A stretch of 64,000 bases of DNA from Chthoniobacteraceae bacterium (GCA_049521415.1 JBEKOV010000001.1:28808-92807), one strand, 5' to 3'; numbered from the stretch's first letter, positions 17,660-28,506 are shown. Numbers and translations: made by a program. Notes: generated by a model not told the origin, from the sequence alone.

Positions 17660-18418
17660 TCACGGCACTGCGACGCCGTGGTCTTTGCGGAGGGCATCCG
17701 CCCGTTGCTGGGCGCTGGCGGCAGCCACGCGATCCTCAGGGAATATGGTCACAGTACGCAAGTAATCTTCGAGCGCGCCTTGCAGGTCACCCGATGCCTG
17801 CTTGATCTGTCCCGATACGAGAAATGTCCTCCCGATCAATGCGGCCGCCTCCCTGGGAGGAGTGCGAGTCGTCAGGGCCTGGGCGAGAATCGGCGCGATC
17901 TTTGCCCGGGCCGCGTCGTAATTCTTGTTTGCGACATCGACGCTGGCCAGTCCGACGTCGGCTTCGGCGGAGCCGGACAAGGGGTAGGCCGCCTGGAAAT
18001 CCTTGAAGGCCGCCTGGGCCTGGGGCAACTGGTTTAGGGAAACGTCGATGTCGCCCAGCATCAGCATCGCCTCCTGGGCCCAATCGGTCGGGAGACCGCG
18101 ATACGCGCGCACGACGGCCTGGGCATTAGTGAGCGCGGTCTGAAGGTCGCCACTCTCGTAGGCGGTCTGCGCCGCGGCAAACTCGGGAGGAGGATTCATG
18201 GAGACGAGGGTGACGTTCGAGAAGGGCTCGAGGATTTCGCCGTTGCCAAGCTGGACACGGATTCCGGACGGGGTGACGCCGAGAATGGTGACCTGCTGGG
18301 TCTGCCCGTTACGGAGCGTGATGGTGCTTTGGCTCAGGGCGGGCCGGGCACCGATGACGATGAGGCCCGCGAGCAGAAAAAGAAGTTGTAGGGGAACTAA
18401 GCAACGCCTTAGTTTCAT
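17660..18418 (-). CDS. secreted TPR-repeat protein
   Basis: Start at MKLRRCLVPLQLLFLLAGL (ATG 18418); TPR-like helical repeats; 4-nt overlap region with exbB ORF. Confidence 0.7.
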   Translation of the reverse strand: MKLRRCLVPLQLLFLLAGLIVIGARPALSQSTITLRNGQTQQVTILGVTPSGIRVQLGNGEILEPFSNVTLVSMNPPPEFAAAQTAYESGDLQTALTNAQAVVRAYRGLPTDWAQEAMLMLGDIDVSLNQLPQAQAAFKDFQAAYPLSGSAEADVGLASVDVANKNYDAARAKIAPILAQALTTRTPPREAAALIGRTFLVSGQIKQASGDLQGALEDYLRTVTIFPEDRVAAASAQQRADALRKDHGVAVP

Positions 18419-18476
18419 CGCGCGTTGCGCAAGGTATGGAACGATGCCAGAGAACGCAACCCCAGAAGTTTTTCCC

Positions 18477-19991
18477 ATGATTAATGTCATCCGTAAGTAT
18501 CAGCAGCCGGTGCTAATTGGCATCACGGTCATCGTGATTGCCACATTCATTTGGTTCTGGAACGGCCCGGCGGGCGGCCGATCGGGCTTCGCCACGCCGA
18601 ACAAACGCGCGACGATCTATGGCCAGAACATTACCGATGCGGACATCCAGCAGGTCCAGCGCAAGTACGAGATATGCAAGGCGCTGGGGATGACCGGGTT
18701 GCTCGAAGCCCTCGCGGGCGACGCACAGACCGAGCAGCAGTTGGTAAACAATTTCATCGTCAACTATTTCATCCTCCGGCACGAGGCTGATGCCCTCCAG
18801 GTCTTCGCGACGGATTCCGAGGTCGAGGATGAATTGACCCAAGTAGCCGGCTTCCAGACCGATGGCCACTTCGACCCCGTCAAGCTGACCGACTTTGTCC
18901 AGAACGCGCTTCCCTCGATGGGATTTAACGACCAGGTGATCGACGACCTTCTCCGGGACCAGGTGCGCGCCGAGAAGGTCATGGCGCTGATTTCCTCCGC
19001 TGTGACCATCACGCCGACGGAGCTGCACAACCGCTTTGAGATCGAGACCGAGAAGATGGATGTATCGGTCGTCCGGCTGAACACGACCGACCTGGAGAAG
19101 GTCATTCCGATCTCCGATGGGGACGCGAAGGCCGCCTACTCGCAGCGTCCGGACACGTACCAGAGCGAGGAGCAGCGCAAGGTCAGCGTGGCGGCCTTCG
19201 AACTTACGCCCGCGCAAAGGGAAGTCACGGGCAAGGCGCGCACGGATGCGCTGCAAGCGCTGGGCGGCAGTGCATGGAACTTTGCCCAGGCCGTAGTGGA
19301 TTCGGGTACCGATTTCGCCACGGAGGCGAAGAAATTTGGCGCCACGCTCAGCACTTCCTCCTACTTTACCGCTTCGCAGCCGGATCCCGCCTACTCAAAA
19401 ATCACGTCGCTGGCGACGAATGCCTTCCGGCTCAGCGACAAGTACCCGAGCAGCGATGTGCTGGACGGGCAGAACGGCTATTACGTCCTGCACCTCGAGG
19501 GCAGCGTGCCGAGCCGGCAACTGACCTTCGAGGAGGCGAAGGCGCAAATCGTGACCGAACTGAAGAAGGAACGGGCTGGGCAAATGATGCAAACGGAGGC
19601 CAACGCGTTGCACGATAGCATGGTGGCGCAGATGAAGGCGGGCAAATCATTCGCCGACGCCGCCAAGTCCATGAGGGCGATGGTGGAGACGGTGCCGCCG
19701 TTCTCGCTGCTGGATGCATCCAAGTCGGATGTTCCTGATATAAAGGACATTATAAAAGGCGCTGTCACGCTCACCAATGGCCGGCTCAGCGATTTTATCG
19801 AAACCTCCGCCGGCGGCCTGTTCGTCTATATGAATGGGCGGAAGCCTCTCGACGAGGCCGAGGCGCTGATGGAGGAGCCGATTTTGAAGGAGCAATTCGC
19901 GCGGCAGGAGCAACTGGAGGCGTATCTGGAATGGCTGCGTTTGCGCAAGGAAGATGCGCACATCGAGATCCTTCAGCCCACGGTGGGATAG
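18477..19991 (+). CDS. PpiD/SurA-N-like periplasmic chaperone (membrane-anchored)
   Basis: Start MINVIRKYQQPVLIGITVIVIATFIWFW (ATG 18477), the typical PpiD N-terminal anchor; no clear parvulin motif seen. Confidence 0.7.
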   Translation: MINVIRKYQQPVLIGITVIVIATFIWFWNGPAGGRSGFATPNKRATIYGQNITDADIQQVQRKYEICKALGMTGLLEALAGDAQTEQQLVNNFIVNYFILRHEADALQVFATDSEVEDELTQVAGFQTDGHFDPVKLTDFVQNALPSMGFNDQVIDDLLRDQVRAEKVMALISSAVTITPTELHNRFEIETEKMDVSVVRLNTTDLEKVIPISDGDAKAAYSQRPDTYQSEEQRKVSVAAFELTPAQREVTGKARTDALQALGGSAWNFAQAVVDSGTDFATEAKKFGATLSTSSYFTASQPDPAYSKITSLATNAFRLSDKYPSSDVLDGQNGYYVLHLEGSVPSRQLTFEEAKAQIVTELKKERAGQMMQTEANALHDSMVAQMKAGKSFADAAKSMRAMVETVPPFSLLDASKSDVPDIKDIIKGAVTLTNGRLSDFIETSAGGLFVYMNGRKPLDEAEALMEEPILKEQFARQEQLEAYLEWLRLRKEDAHIEILQPTVG

Positions 19992-19998
19992 CGCTTGA

Positions 19999-20361
19999 AT
20001 GCAGGGAGCCAAGAATCTCATGGCCCCGGAACTGGATGAGCTCTTCGACGATGCGAACGGCGACCTTGCGATCGGGGAGCTGGAGAGCGCCGCCGCCAAA
20101 TACCGGCGGTGCATCGAGATGGATGCGGATTTCTTCGAGGGCTGGCACGCGCTGGGCATGGCGCTGATGAAGACCGGCAAATATGCGGAAGCCATCGATG
20201 CCGGGCTGCGGTGCGTGGAATTGCGCCCGAACGATCAACTTGCATGGTCAAGCCTCTCGCTTTTTTACGTCCGCGATGGCAATATAAAGGAAGCCGAGGC
20301 CGCCGGCGCCAAGGCCCGCATCCTCTCCTGGGGAGGCAAAGTAAACAAAGAAGAGAAATGA
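19999..20361 (+). CDS. small TPR-repeat protein
   Basis: GWHALGMALMKTGKYAEAIDAGLRCVELRPND TPR consensus. Confidence 0.7.
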   Translation: MQGAKNLMAPELDELFDDANGDLAIGELESAAAKYRRCIEMDADFFEGWHALGMALMKTGKYAEAIDAGLRCVELRPNDQLAWSSLSLFYVRDGNIKEAEAAGAKARILSWGGKVNKEEK

Positions 20362-20900
20362 AACACGCAACCTGGGTAATTATTTGCGTACTCGGCGGGA
20401 TCTTCTTGTCGGCGGGCGCGCCCGGGGCACTCGGCCAGGCACCCACGCCGTCCCCAACGCCGGTGAACGCGCGGATACCGATGTGGCGGGCGACGCTGCC
20501 CGGCGGGATCTATGACATCGCGATCCGCAATATCATCTCGGTCAGCACGCACGAGTACATCGTCGATGGCGCGGCGCGCGTGACGGAGATGAACATCGAG
20601 ACCGGAGGGGATACGGAGGTACGCTTCTATTATCTTGAGCCGTTGACTCCCAGCACGCCGGACGGGATCGGGCAATCGGCCATAGACAAAATCCAGGAAT
20701 TGGGCCAGGAGGTCACGAGCCGGGTGGATTCGGACAACCGGGTTTGGGAGAAGGTGGTGAAGAATTATCCGACCACGACGCATGCGCATACGGTTGAGTA
20801 CCGGCTGGACTCGCTGGATGACCTGGAGAACCTGTTCAACAGCGCGGATACGGCGTTTCGGCTGAATCAGGATACGCAGATCGTGATTTCGGGCAGTTGA
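20358..20900 (+). CDS. secreted hypothetical protein
   Basis: ATGA overlap with the upstream TPR gene; signal peptide MKHATWVIICVLGGIFLSAGAPGALG. Confidence 0.6.
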   Translation: MKHATWVIICVLGGIFLSAGAPGALGQAPTPSPTPVNARIPMWRATLPGGIYDIAIRNIISVSTHEYIVDGAARVTEMNIETGGDTEVRFYYLEPLTPSTPDGIGQSAIDKIQELGQEVTSRVDSDNRVWEKVVKNYPTTTHAHTVEYRLDSLDDLENLFNSADTAFRLNQDTQIVISGS

Positions 20901-21011
20901 TTTCGCCCACTGGTACGGGAAGTGCTATTAGTGGCGGCATGACACCTTCTTGCACAGGCCGCCGGCTCGAACACCGGGTGACGCTTGGGCGGACAGCGCA
21001 GGGGAGATAAA

Positions 21012-21092
21012 ATGGTTTTTCTCCTCGGCACAAGTCTGGCCCTCGGCATTGCGATGCTGGGATTGGGCGCACTGCTCGCGCGGACCCGGTAA
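21012..21092 (+). CDS. possible 26-aa hydrophobic peptide
   Basis: AGGGGAG Shine-Dalgarno-like box 6 nt upstream of the ATG; MVFLLGTSLALGIAMLGLGALLARTR; below the ORF-track size cutoff. Confidence 0.2.
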   Translation: MVFLLGTSLALGIAMLGLGALLARTR

Positions 21093-21144
21093 GCAGCGCT
21101 TCCTTCGAGGGGACGGAACCCTTGGGGTGATTCTTCGTCTCTGT

Positions 21145-21169
21145 GTCAAAATCAGCCGCTCTCGCGGCT
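21145..21169 (-). terminator. hairpin plus T-rich tract at the mnmG stop
   Basis: AGCCGC tctc GCGGCT (21154-21169) followed on the minus strand by GATTTTGA. Confidence 0.5.
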
Positions 21170-23067
21170 CAAAACTCGCCAGTCGCGCCGGCTTCGGACT
21201 TTGCGGCAGGGGCGGAAGCTTTGCGCAGCCAGATTTGTACGATTGCCAGATCGGCCGGGGTGATGCCGCTGATGCGAGCGGCCTGGCCGAAAGTGAGCGG
21301 GCGGATGGCGGCCAGCTTCTGGCGGGCTTCGCAGCGGAGGCCGGGGAGGGTGGTATAGTCCAGGCCGAGGGGGAGGGGAATGGCTTGGCCGGCCTCGGCC
21401 TTGGTGATGGCCAGTTGTTCGCGCGCGATGTAGCCTTCGTATTTCAGATTGGTCTCAAGCTGCTCCCAGACTTGGTCAGGCCAGGCGGCGCGCATTTCCG
21501 CGGGCAGGGCTGTGTAGGTGGAATCGGAGCGTTTCAGCCATCGGGTAAGTTCCATTCCATCGATTCGGAGGCGGGGGGCCTCGGATTCCAGGTTGTGGAG
21601 GGCGGCGCGCTTTTGCTCGAACCGCTGCGAGCGGCGATTATCGACCAGCCCGGTCGCGCGCCCGCGCGGGGTAAGGCGGAAATCGGCGTTATCCTGCCGG
21701 AGCGAAAGGCGATGCTCAGCCCGGCTGGTGAACATCCGGTAGGGCTCGTTGGTACCCTTGGTAACCAGGTCGTCGATCAGGACTCCAATATAGGCTTCCG
21801 AGCGGCCCAGGACGAGCGGCGCGGCCCCCTTCAGCTTGAGCGCCGCGTTGGCGCCAGCCATAAGGCCCTGGGCGGCAGCCTCTTCGTAACCGGATGTGCC
21901 GTTGATCTGTCCGGCGAAGTAAAGGCCCTCGATCCGCTTGGTTTCGAGGGTGGGGAAGAGCTGGACCGGGGGGCAATAGTCGTACTCGACGGCATAGCCG
22001 GGTCGCATGATCTCGGCCTTCTCGAGACCCGGGATGGTGTGGATAAACTCAAACTGAACCTCGAACGGGAGGCTGGTTGAGACGCCATTGACGTAGTATT
22101 CGCCGGTATGGCGGCCCTCGGGCTCAAGGAAAAGCTGATGGCTTTCCTTCTCGGCGAATTTGACCACCTTGTCCTCAATCGAGGGACAATATCGCGGTCC
22201 GGTCCCCTCGATGCGGCCACAATACATGGGGGATTTGTCGAGGTTTGAGCGGATGATGTCGTGGGTGTGGGTGTTGGTATGAGTGATCCAGCAAGGGATT
22301 TGTTCCACGTGGAACTTGCCGCCCTGGAGGCCGTTTAAGGAGAAAATATCGTCCGGCTCGCGCTCGAGCAGCTCTGGCAAGAAGGTGAATGGCGGGGGCG
22401 GCTCATCGCCATCCTGACGCGCACAGGCGGCAAAATTGATGGAACGACCCACCAGGCGACAAGGTGTTCCGGTCTTGAAGCGCCCCACTTCGAAGCCCAA
22501 GTCCCTGAGGCTATCGCTCAGGGTCGAAGCCGCGTCGCCCATTCGGCCGCCGACCTGGTTTTGCAAGCCCACGTGGAGGAGGCCGCGCATGAAGGTACCC
22601 GTCGTGATGACCACGGCTCGTCCGAAGTAGCGGACAGCGAGGTTGGTCTCGATGCCGGTGACCTTGTCCCCTGTGGCAAGGATCCGGATCGCGTTGCCTT
22701 GCTTCAGATCGAGACCGGGGGTCCGCTCGAGCGTTGCCTTGGCGCGAAACTGGTAAGCTTTCTTGTCGCACTGTGAGCGCGGGGCGCGAACGCTCGGGCC
22801 CTTGGCGGCGTTCAGCATCCGGCATTGAATGGCGGTGGCGTCGGTGTTTACGCCCATGAAACCGCCGAGAGCATCGATCTCGCGGACCATGTGGCCCTTG
22901 GCGAGACCGCCGACGGCGGGATTGCAGGACATCTGGCCGATGGTATCGGCGTTTTGGGTGAGGATGAGGGTTTCGCAGCCAAGGCGGGCGGCAGCCAGGG
23001 CGGCCTCAATGCCTGCGTGACCGGCGCCGACGACAATCACGTCATAAATCTTGGGGTATTCGAACAT
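21169..23067 (-). CDS. mnmG: tRNA uridine 5-carboxymethylaminomethyl modification enzyme MnmG (GidA)
   Basis: [19 protein letters not shown] motif, full-length conservation; ATG 23067 preferred, 23085 possible. Confidence 0.95.
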   Translation of the reverse strand: MFEYPKIYDVIVVGAGHAGIEAALAAARLGCETLILTQNADTIGQMSCNPAVGGLAKGHMVREIDALGGFMGVNTDATAIQCRMLNAAKGPSVRAPRSQCDKKAYQFRAKATLERTPGLDLKQGNAIRILATGDKVTGIETNLAVRYFGRAVVITTGTFMRGLLHVGLQNQVGGRMGDAASTLSDSLRDLGFEVGRFKTGTPCRLVGRSINFAACARQDGDEPPPPFTFLPELLEREPDDIFSLNGLQGGKFHVEQIPCWITHTNTHTHDIIRSNLDKSPMYCGRIEGTGPRYCPSIEDKVVKFAEKESHQLFLEPEGRHTGEYYVNGVSTSLPFEVQFEFIHTIPGLEKAEIMRPGYAVEYDYCPPVQLFPTLETKRIEGLYFAGQINGTSGYEEAAAQGLMAGANAALKLKGAAPLVLGRSEAYIGVLIDDLVTKGTNEPYRMFTSRAEHRLSLRQDNADFRLTPRGRATGLVDNRRSQRFEQKRAALHNLESEAPRLRIDGMELTRWLKRSDSTYTALPAEMRAAWPDQVWEQLETNLKYEGYIAREQLAITKAEAGQAIPLPLGLDYTTLPGLRCEARQKLAAIRPLTFGQAARISGITPADLAIVQIWLRKASAPAAKSEAGATGEF

Positions 23068-23144
23068 TTGTTCTACATGGAACACTACACTAGCGGCAGG
23101 ACCGCCCCTTTAGCCGATTACAGGAAGAAAGGCAAACTGGAGGA

Positions 23145-23328
23145 GAACGGAAAGAATTGAACAGAAGGTAGCAAAGGAAGCAAAGGGGTTCCGCAATTGG
23201 GGCCACCCTGACAAGACGATAAAATGTATAAGCTGCTTATTGTAAGGTTCTTATACTGTTGGATTCCACTGTCTGTTCAGTCTGTTTCCTTCCTTGCTTT
23301 GCTCCCATCCGTTCAAATCCTTCCGTTC
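23145..23328. repeat. imperfect inverted repeat (arms about 40 bp, about 85% match over 36 bp) in the mnmG-pdhA intergenic region
   Basis: Left arm GAACGGAAAGAATTGAACAGAAGGTAGCAAAGGAAG (from 23145) versus the reverse complement of 23285-23328, GAACGGAAGGATTTGAACGGATGGGAGCAAAGCAAG. Confidence 0.6.
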
Positions 23329-23389
23329 TTTTACGTTCCCAAGGCGGCCTCGATGCAGGCAGGGAGGGAGCGCATGGGGCAACGAATAG

Positions 23390-23421
23390 TTCGAAAAATC
23401 GGAAAATGTGAAAACCGAAAC
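23390..23421 (+). repeat. A-rich (NNNGAAA)n array, chromosomal copy upstream of pdhA
   Basis: TTCGAAAAATCGGAAAATGTGAAAACCGAAAC, about 165 nt upstream of the pdhA ATG. Confidence 0.7.
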
Positions 23422-23586
23422 GGGATTTTCCGCGAATTGGCGGGGGGAAATGACGGGAAGCGACAAATCCCTTCACAAGTGGGCCGGGGCTTTGTAGAGT
23501 GTGCTCCGAATTTTGCGCGCCGTTTCCCTCCGGGCGCACAGGGAAATTTGAAGTGAGCCCGATATCGACTATAGCTTAAACAAATC

Positions 23587-24675
23587 ATGCCCACGGGAAA
23601 CGGAACTGTTGTTGAAATCGCGGCCTATGCCGACGCTCCGGTCAACCAGGCGCTGACGCCTGAGCAAAAGGTGGAATTCCTCCGCGAGATGTACCGCATC
23701 CGGAGGTTCGAACAGGTGGCGAAGCGGGATTACGAGCAGCGGGCGAAGATGGGCGGGTTCCTCCACCTGTACACGGGCCAGGAATCGGTCGCGGTCGGAA
23801 CGATCTCGCTATTGGCGGAGAATGATCACGTCATTACCGCCTATCGGGACCATGGGCATGCGCTGGCGGTCGGGATGTCGATGGAGGAGTGCATGGCGGA
23901 GTTGTACGGGAAGGCGACGGGATGCTCGAAGGGGAAGGGAGGGTCGATGCACTTCTTCGCGCCGGACAAGAATTATTGGGGCGGCCATGGGATTGTCGGG
24001 GGCCAGACGCCGTTGGGATTGGGGATCGCTTTCGGGCTTAAATACAAGGGAATCAAGGGATGCTGCCTCTGTTACCTGGGGGATGGGGCTGTGAACCAAG
24101 GGCCATTTCACGAGTCGCTGAACCTGGCATCGCTCTGGAGCCTGCCGATCATCTACGTCATTGAGAACAACCAATACTCGATGGGTACCAGCCTCGAGCG
24201 TTCGTCGGCGTTCACGAAATGCCTGGCGGCGCGCGCGGAGGCTTACGCGATGGATTGGGATGTCGTCAATGGGGAGAGCCTTTACGAAATCCGGGCCAAG
24301 ACGCAGGCGGCCATCGAGCGGGCGCACGATACCTGTCGGCCCACCATGCTCGAAATCGATACGTACCGTTATTACGGGCATTCGGTGGCCGACGCGAATG
24401 CGAAGAAATACCGGGCGCCGGAGGAAGTGGAGCGCTACCAGACGCTGCACGATCCGCTTCGCCTGTGGAAGCAGCAGCTCATCACGGAAGGACTTTTGGA
24501 CGAGGCGACGGCGGACAAGATCGATCACGAGGCGCGTGAAGAAGCCGATGCGGCGGCGCATTTCGCGGACGAAAGCCCGTTTCCCGGCGAGAGGGATATT
24601 TTCTCCGATGTTTATTGGGAAGTGGACAACAACACCGAGAGCGGACGCCGCGGACGCCATTTTTTCAACGATTGA
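23587..24675 (+). CDS. pdhA: pyruvate dehydrogenase E1 component alpha subunit
   Basis: TPP-binding YLGDGAVNQG motif, typical E1-alpha length; operon context. Confidence 0.95.
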   Translation: MPTGNGTVVEIAAYADAPVNQALTPEQKVEFLREMYRIRRFEQVAKRDYEQRAKMGGFLHLYTGQESVAVGTISLLAENDHVITAYRDHGHALAVGMSMEECMAELYGKATGCSKGKGGSMHFFAPDKNYWGGHGIVGGQTPLGLGIAFGLKYKGIKGCCLCYLGDGAVNQGPFHESLNLASLWSLPIIYVIENNQYSMGTSLERSSAFTKCLAARAEAYAMDWDVVNGESLYEIRAKTQAAIERAHDTCRPTMLEIDTYRYYGHSVADANAKKYRAPEEVERYQTLHDPLRLWKQQLITEGLLDEATADKIDHEAREEADAAAHFADESPFPGERDIFSDVYWEVDNNTESGRRGRHFFND

Positions 24676-24705
24676 GAAGGGGTTTCCCTTTTCGGAATTT
24701 TTACC

Positions 24706-25680
24706 ATGCCACTCGTTACTTATCGCGATGCCCTAAAGGATGCCCTTGCCCAGGAGATCGAGCGCGACGAAAACGTCTTCATCATGGGCGAGGAAGTGGC
24801 GCAGTACAATGGAGCGTACAAGGTGACCGAGGGACTGTGGAAGCGGTTCGGCGACAAGCGGGTCGTGGATACGCCGATCAGCGAGGCGGGGTTTATCGGG
24901 CTGGCGGTTGGCGCGTCGATGATGGGGCTGCGGCCCGTGGTGGAGCTGATGTTCTGGAGCTTCGCTTACGTCGCCTTTGACCAGATCGTGAATAATGCGG
25001 GCTGCGTGCGCTACATGAGCGGCGGGCTGATCAATGTGCCCCTCGTCATTCGCGGCCCGGCCAATGCGGGCACCAATGTCGGCGCGACGCACTCGCACAC
25101 GCCGGAGAATTTCCTGGCCAATTGTCCGGGGCTGAAGGTGGTCTGCCCCGCGACGGCGTATGATGCGAAGGGGCTCATGAAGACGGCCATCCGGGACAAC
25201 GACCCTGTGATGTTCATGGAAAATACGGTTCTCTATGGTGAATCGTGGGAAGTGCCGGAGGAGGAGTATCTCATCCCGCTCGGCTCCGCGGATGTGAAGC
25301 GGGAGGGGAAGCACGTCTCGCTCATCGCGCATGGGCGCGCAGTGCTGACCTGCCTGAAGGCGGCGGAGATGCTGAGCGCGGAACACGATATCGACGCGGA
25401 GGTGGTGGATCTGCGCTCGATCCGTCCGCTGGACGAGGAGACAATCCTGCAAAGCGTGCGAAAGACGCATCGCGCGGTGCTGGTGGAGGAGAACAAGCCA
25501 TTCTGCGGCGTGGATGCGCAGATCGCATCGATCATCCAGGAGAAGGCATTCGACGATCTCGATGCGCCGGTGATGCGCGTCTCCGCGCTGGATGCGCCGG
25601 CGATCTACAGCCCGCCCATCGAGAAAAAGCAATTGCCGGACGCGCACGCAGTCATTGCCAAGGTGCTGAAGATTTGCTGA
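24706..25680 (+). CDS. pdhB: pyruvate dehydrogenase E1 component beta subunit
   Basis: RVVDTPISEAGFIGLAVGASMMGLRP motif; 324 aa. Confidence 0.95.
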   Translation: MPLVTYRDALKDALAQEIERDENVFIMGEEVAQYNGAYKVTEGLWKRFGDKRVVDTPISEAGFIGLAVGASMMGLRPVVELMFWSFAYVAFDQIVNNAGCVRYMSGGLINVPLVIRGPANAGTNVGATHSHTPENFLANCPGLKVVCPATAYDAKGLMKTAIRDNDPVMFMENTVLYGESWEVPEEEYLIPLGSADVKREGKHVSLIAHGRAVLTCLKAAEMLSAEHDIDAEVVDLRSIRPLDEETILQSVRKTHRAVLVEENKPFCGVDAQIASIIQEKAFDDLDAPVMRVSALDAPAIYSPPIEKKQLPDAHAVIAKVLKIC

Positions 25681-25753
25681 GGAAATCGGCGGCGGCAATT
25701 TTTGAACGCTTCGGGTTTCCTTTTTTCGGGAGGCCCATTACTCTCATCCGTCC

Positions 25754-27040
25754 ATGCCCTCGTATATTGAAATGCCGAAGCTGAGCGACACCATGACCGA
25801 GGGGACGCTGGTCAAGTGGCGCAAACAAAAAGGGGACAAGATCGTCGCGGGAGACATCCTCGCAGAAGTCGAGACCGACAAGGCGACGATGGAAATGGAG
25901 TCGTTCGACGATGGCATCCTGACGGAAGTTTATGTGGCGGAGGGGCAGAAGGTGGCGATTGGGCAGCGGCTGGCGATGCTGCTGGCTGCCGGCGAGAAAC
26001 CGCCCGCGCCCAGCGCGGCGCCCAGTGCGCCCGCTCCGAAGGCCCAGCCTGCCCAGCCTACCGGGCCGGCTGCCGCGACTTCCGCTCCAGCAGCCGCGCC
26101 TGTGGCGGCGAAATCCACCTCCGAGCCGGCTGTTGTCGCCGAAAATGGAGGTACGCGTGTGAAGGCTTCGCCGCTCGCAAAAAAAATCGCGGTCGAACGC
26201 GGGATCGATCTTTCGCGGCTCTCTGGCTCCGGGCCCGGGGGACGGGTCGTACAGCGGGATGTGCTCGGCGCGCAGGCGGGCGCGGCGCCTGCCCGGGCGG
26301 CCGCGCCGACGGCCGTCACGCCAATTCCACCGATTCCACCGGGCGAGGGGGATCAGAGAATCCCGTTGTCAGGGATGCGGCGGGCCATCGCGGAGCGTTT
26401 GCTGGCGAGCAAGACGCAGGTCCCGCATTTTTACCTGAATATCGAAGTGGACGCGGGCGAGCTGATGCGCATCCGCGCGGAGGCAAATGCGAACGCGGAG
26501 AAAGCGGGGCAGGGGAAGCTGACGGTAAACGATTTCATTCTCAAGGCGGCGGTAGTTGCCGCGTCGCACACGCCGAAGGTTAACGCGAGTTTTGCCGGCG
26601 ATTCGATCATCCAGTACGCGAGTATCAACCTGGCGGTCGCCGTCGCGGTCGAGGAGGGGCTCGTGACGCCGGTCATCCGCGACGCGCAGAAGAAGTCGCT
26701 GCGGGAAATCAGCGAGAGCGTGAAAGACATGGCCACGCGGGCGCGAACGAAGAAACTGAAGCCCGAGGAGTACCAGGGCGGGACGCTCACCGTCTCGAAC
26801 CTGGGGAGCTATGGCATCGACAATTTTTTCGCCATCATCAATCCGCCGCAGGCGATGATTCTATCCGTGGGCGCGATCGTGAAGAAGCCGGTGGTCAACG
26901 CGCAGGGCGAGATTGTCGTCGGGCAGCGGATGTCGATTGGGCTGAGCGCGGATCACCGTGTAGTGGACGGGGCGATTGGGGCGGAGTATCTGGCGGAGTT
27001 GCGGCGGCTGATCGAGAGCCCGGCGATGATGCTGGTGTAG
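25754..27040 (+). CDS. pdhC: dihydrolipoamide acetyltransferase E2 component
   Basis: Lipoyl domain EVETDKATMEME, Ala/Pro linker, E3-binding SPLAKKIAVERGIDL, catalytic SADHRVVDG. Confidence 0.95.
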   Translation: MPSYIEMPKLSDTMTEGTLVKWRKQKGDKIVAGDILAEVETDKATMEMESFDDGILTEVYVAEGQKVAIGQRLAMLLAAGEKPPAPSAAPSAPAPKAQPAQPTGPAAATSAPAAAPVAAKSTSEPAVVAENGGTRVKASPLAKKIAVERGIDLSRLSGSGPGGRVVQRDVLGAQAGAAPARAAAPTAVTPIPPIPPGEGDQRIPLSGMRRAIAERLLASKTQVPHFYLNIEVDAGELMRIRAEANANAEKAGQGKLTVNDFILKAAVVAASHTPKVNASFAGDSIIQYASINLAVAVAVEEGLVTPVIRDAQKKSLREISESVKDMATRARTKKLKPEEYQGGTLTVSNLGSYGIDNFFAIINPPQAMILSVGAIVKKPVVNAQGEIVVGQRMSIGLSADHRVVDGAIGAEYLAELRRLIESPAMMLV

Positions 27041-27126
27041 TGAAATCGGGCGAAGCCGGCGCGGGAAATCGGGCCTTCACGGAAAACCTTTGACCAATCC
27101 GCCAAGGCACCGCAGTTTTTAGGTCC

Positions 27127-28506
27127 ATGTCATACGATCTCATCGTGGTCGGCGGCGGACCCGCCGGCTATGTCGGCGCCATCCGGGCCGCGCAACTGGG
27201 GAAAAAAGCGGTTTGTGTTGAAAAGGAGCGCGCCGGGGGCACGTGTCTGAATTGGGGGTGCATCCCCACAAAGTCGCTGTTGCGCAACGCGGAACTTTAC
27301 AGCCTGCTGACGCATCATTCGGGAGAATTCGGGCTTTCCTTCGATAAACTGGCATTTGATTGGGGCAAGGTGATCAGCCGCTCGCGCGATGTGTCGGACA
27401 AAAATGCGTCGGGCGTCGAGTTCCTGTTCAAGAAGAACAAGATCGATTACATCCGCGCGGAGGCGACGATCGACAAGGCCGGAGCGGTCACGGCGAAATT
27501 TCCGGACGGGAAGACCGAGACGCTGACGGCGCCGCGGATGCTCGTCAGCACGGGTGTCACCAGCCGTCCGCTGCCGGGGCTGCCGTTCGACGGGAAACGA
27601 GTCATCGGGAGCCGCGAGGCGATGGTGCTGCAACCGCAGCCGAAGAGCATGATCATCATTGGCGCGGGCGCCATCGGGGTCGAGTTCGCGTACTTTTTTA
27701 ATTCGTTCGGGACGAAGGTGACGCTGGTCGAGATGATGCCGAATATATTGCCGGTCGAGGACACGGAAATCTCGCAGACGCTGGAGAAATCGCTGTCGAA
27801 ACAGGGGATCAGGATTCTCACCAATACCAAGACGACGAAGACCGAAGTGACCGACACCGGCGTCAAGATCGGGGTGGAAGGGAAGGAGAGTGAAACGCTC
27901 GAGGCGGAGGTGTGCCTGGTGGCGATCGGTGTGCAGCCGCTGCTGGCGCCCGGGAAACTGAAGCTCGATCTGACCGAGCGCGGCTACATCAAGACGGACG
28001 ATAATTACCAGACCAGCGCGCCGGGCATTTACGCGGCGGGCGATATCATCGGGCCGCCGTGGCTGGCGCACGTGGCGAGTTACGAGGCGATCCAGGCGGT
28101 GAACGGAATGTTCGGCGCCGCGAAACCGAAGAGGGTCACCGTCTTCCCCGGCTGCACTTATTGCCAGCCGCAGGTCGCGAGCGTGGGCCTGACCGAGCGC
28201 GCGGCGAAGGAAAAGGGGATCGCGTACAAGGTAGGTAAATTTCCGTACATGGCGAGCGGCAAGGCGCGCGCGGTGGGCGATACGGAGGGATTCGTGAAGC
28301 TCATCATCGGCGAGCCGCACGGCGAGGTGCTGGGCGCGCACATCATCGGCGCGGAGGCCACGGAACTGATCGCGGAGTTGGGACTGGCCATCACGCTCGA
28401 GGCGACGGCGGATGAAATCGACGCGACCATTCACGCGCACCCGACCTTGAGCGAGATGGTGCATGAGGCGAGCGAGCAGGCGTACGGGCACGCCATTCAC
28501 ATTTGA
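27127..28506 (+). CDS. lpdA: dihydrolipoyl dehydrogenase E3
   Basis: VVGGGPAGY, redox disulfide GGTCLNWGCIPTK, C-terminal HAHPTLSE. Confidence 0.95.
   Translation: MSYDLIVVGGGPAGYVGAIRAAQLGKKAVCVEKERAGGTCLNWGCIPTKSLLRNAELYSLLTHHSGEFGLSFDKLAFDWGKVISRSRDVSDKNASGVEFLFKKNKIDYIRAEATIDKAGAVTAKFPDGKTETLTAPRMLVSTGVTSRPLPGLPFDGKRVIGSREAMVLQPQPKSMIIIGAGAIGVEFAYFFNSFGTKVTLVEMMPNILPVEDTEISQTLEKSLSKQGIRILTNTKTTKTEVTDTGVKIGVEGKESETLEAEVCLVAIGVQPLLAPGKLKLDLTERGYIKTDDNYQTSAPGIYAAGDIIGPPWLAHVASYEAIQAVNGMFGAAKPKRVTVFPGCTYCQPQVASVGLTERAAKEKGIAYKVGKFPYMASGKARAVGDTEGFVKLIIGEPHGEVLGAHIIGAEATELIAELGLAITLEATADEIDATIHAHPTLSEMVHEASEQAYGHAIHI

Noticed and set aside
24733-25698. 321-aa minus-strand ORF and 35193..36335 380-aa minus-strand ORF
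   Set aside because: Antisense of pdhB and htrA respectively. Both are Arg/His-rich with no recognisable domains.
25990-26330. Ala/Pro-rich low-complexity stretch as a non-coding or frameshifted region
   Set aside because: It is the flexible linker between the lipoyl, E3-binding and catalytic domains of the E2 acetyltransferase, as expected for this family.
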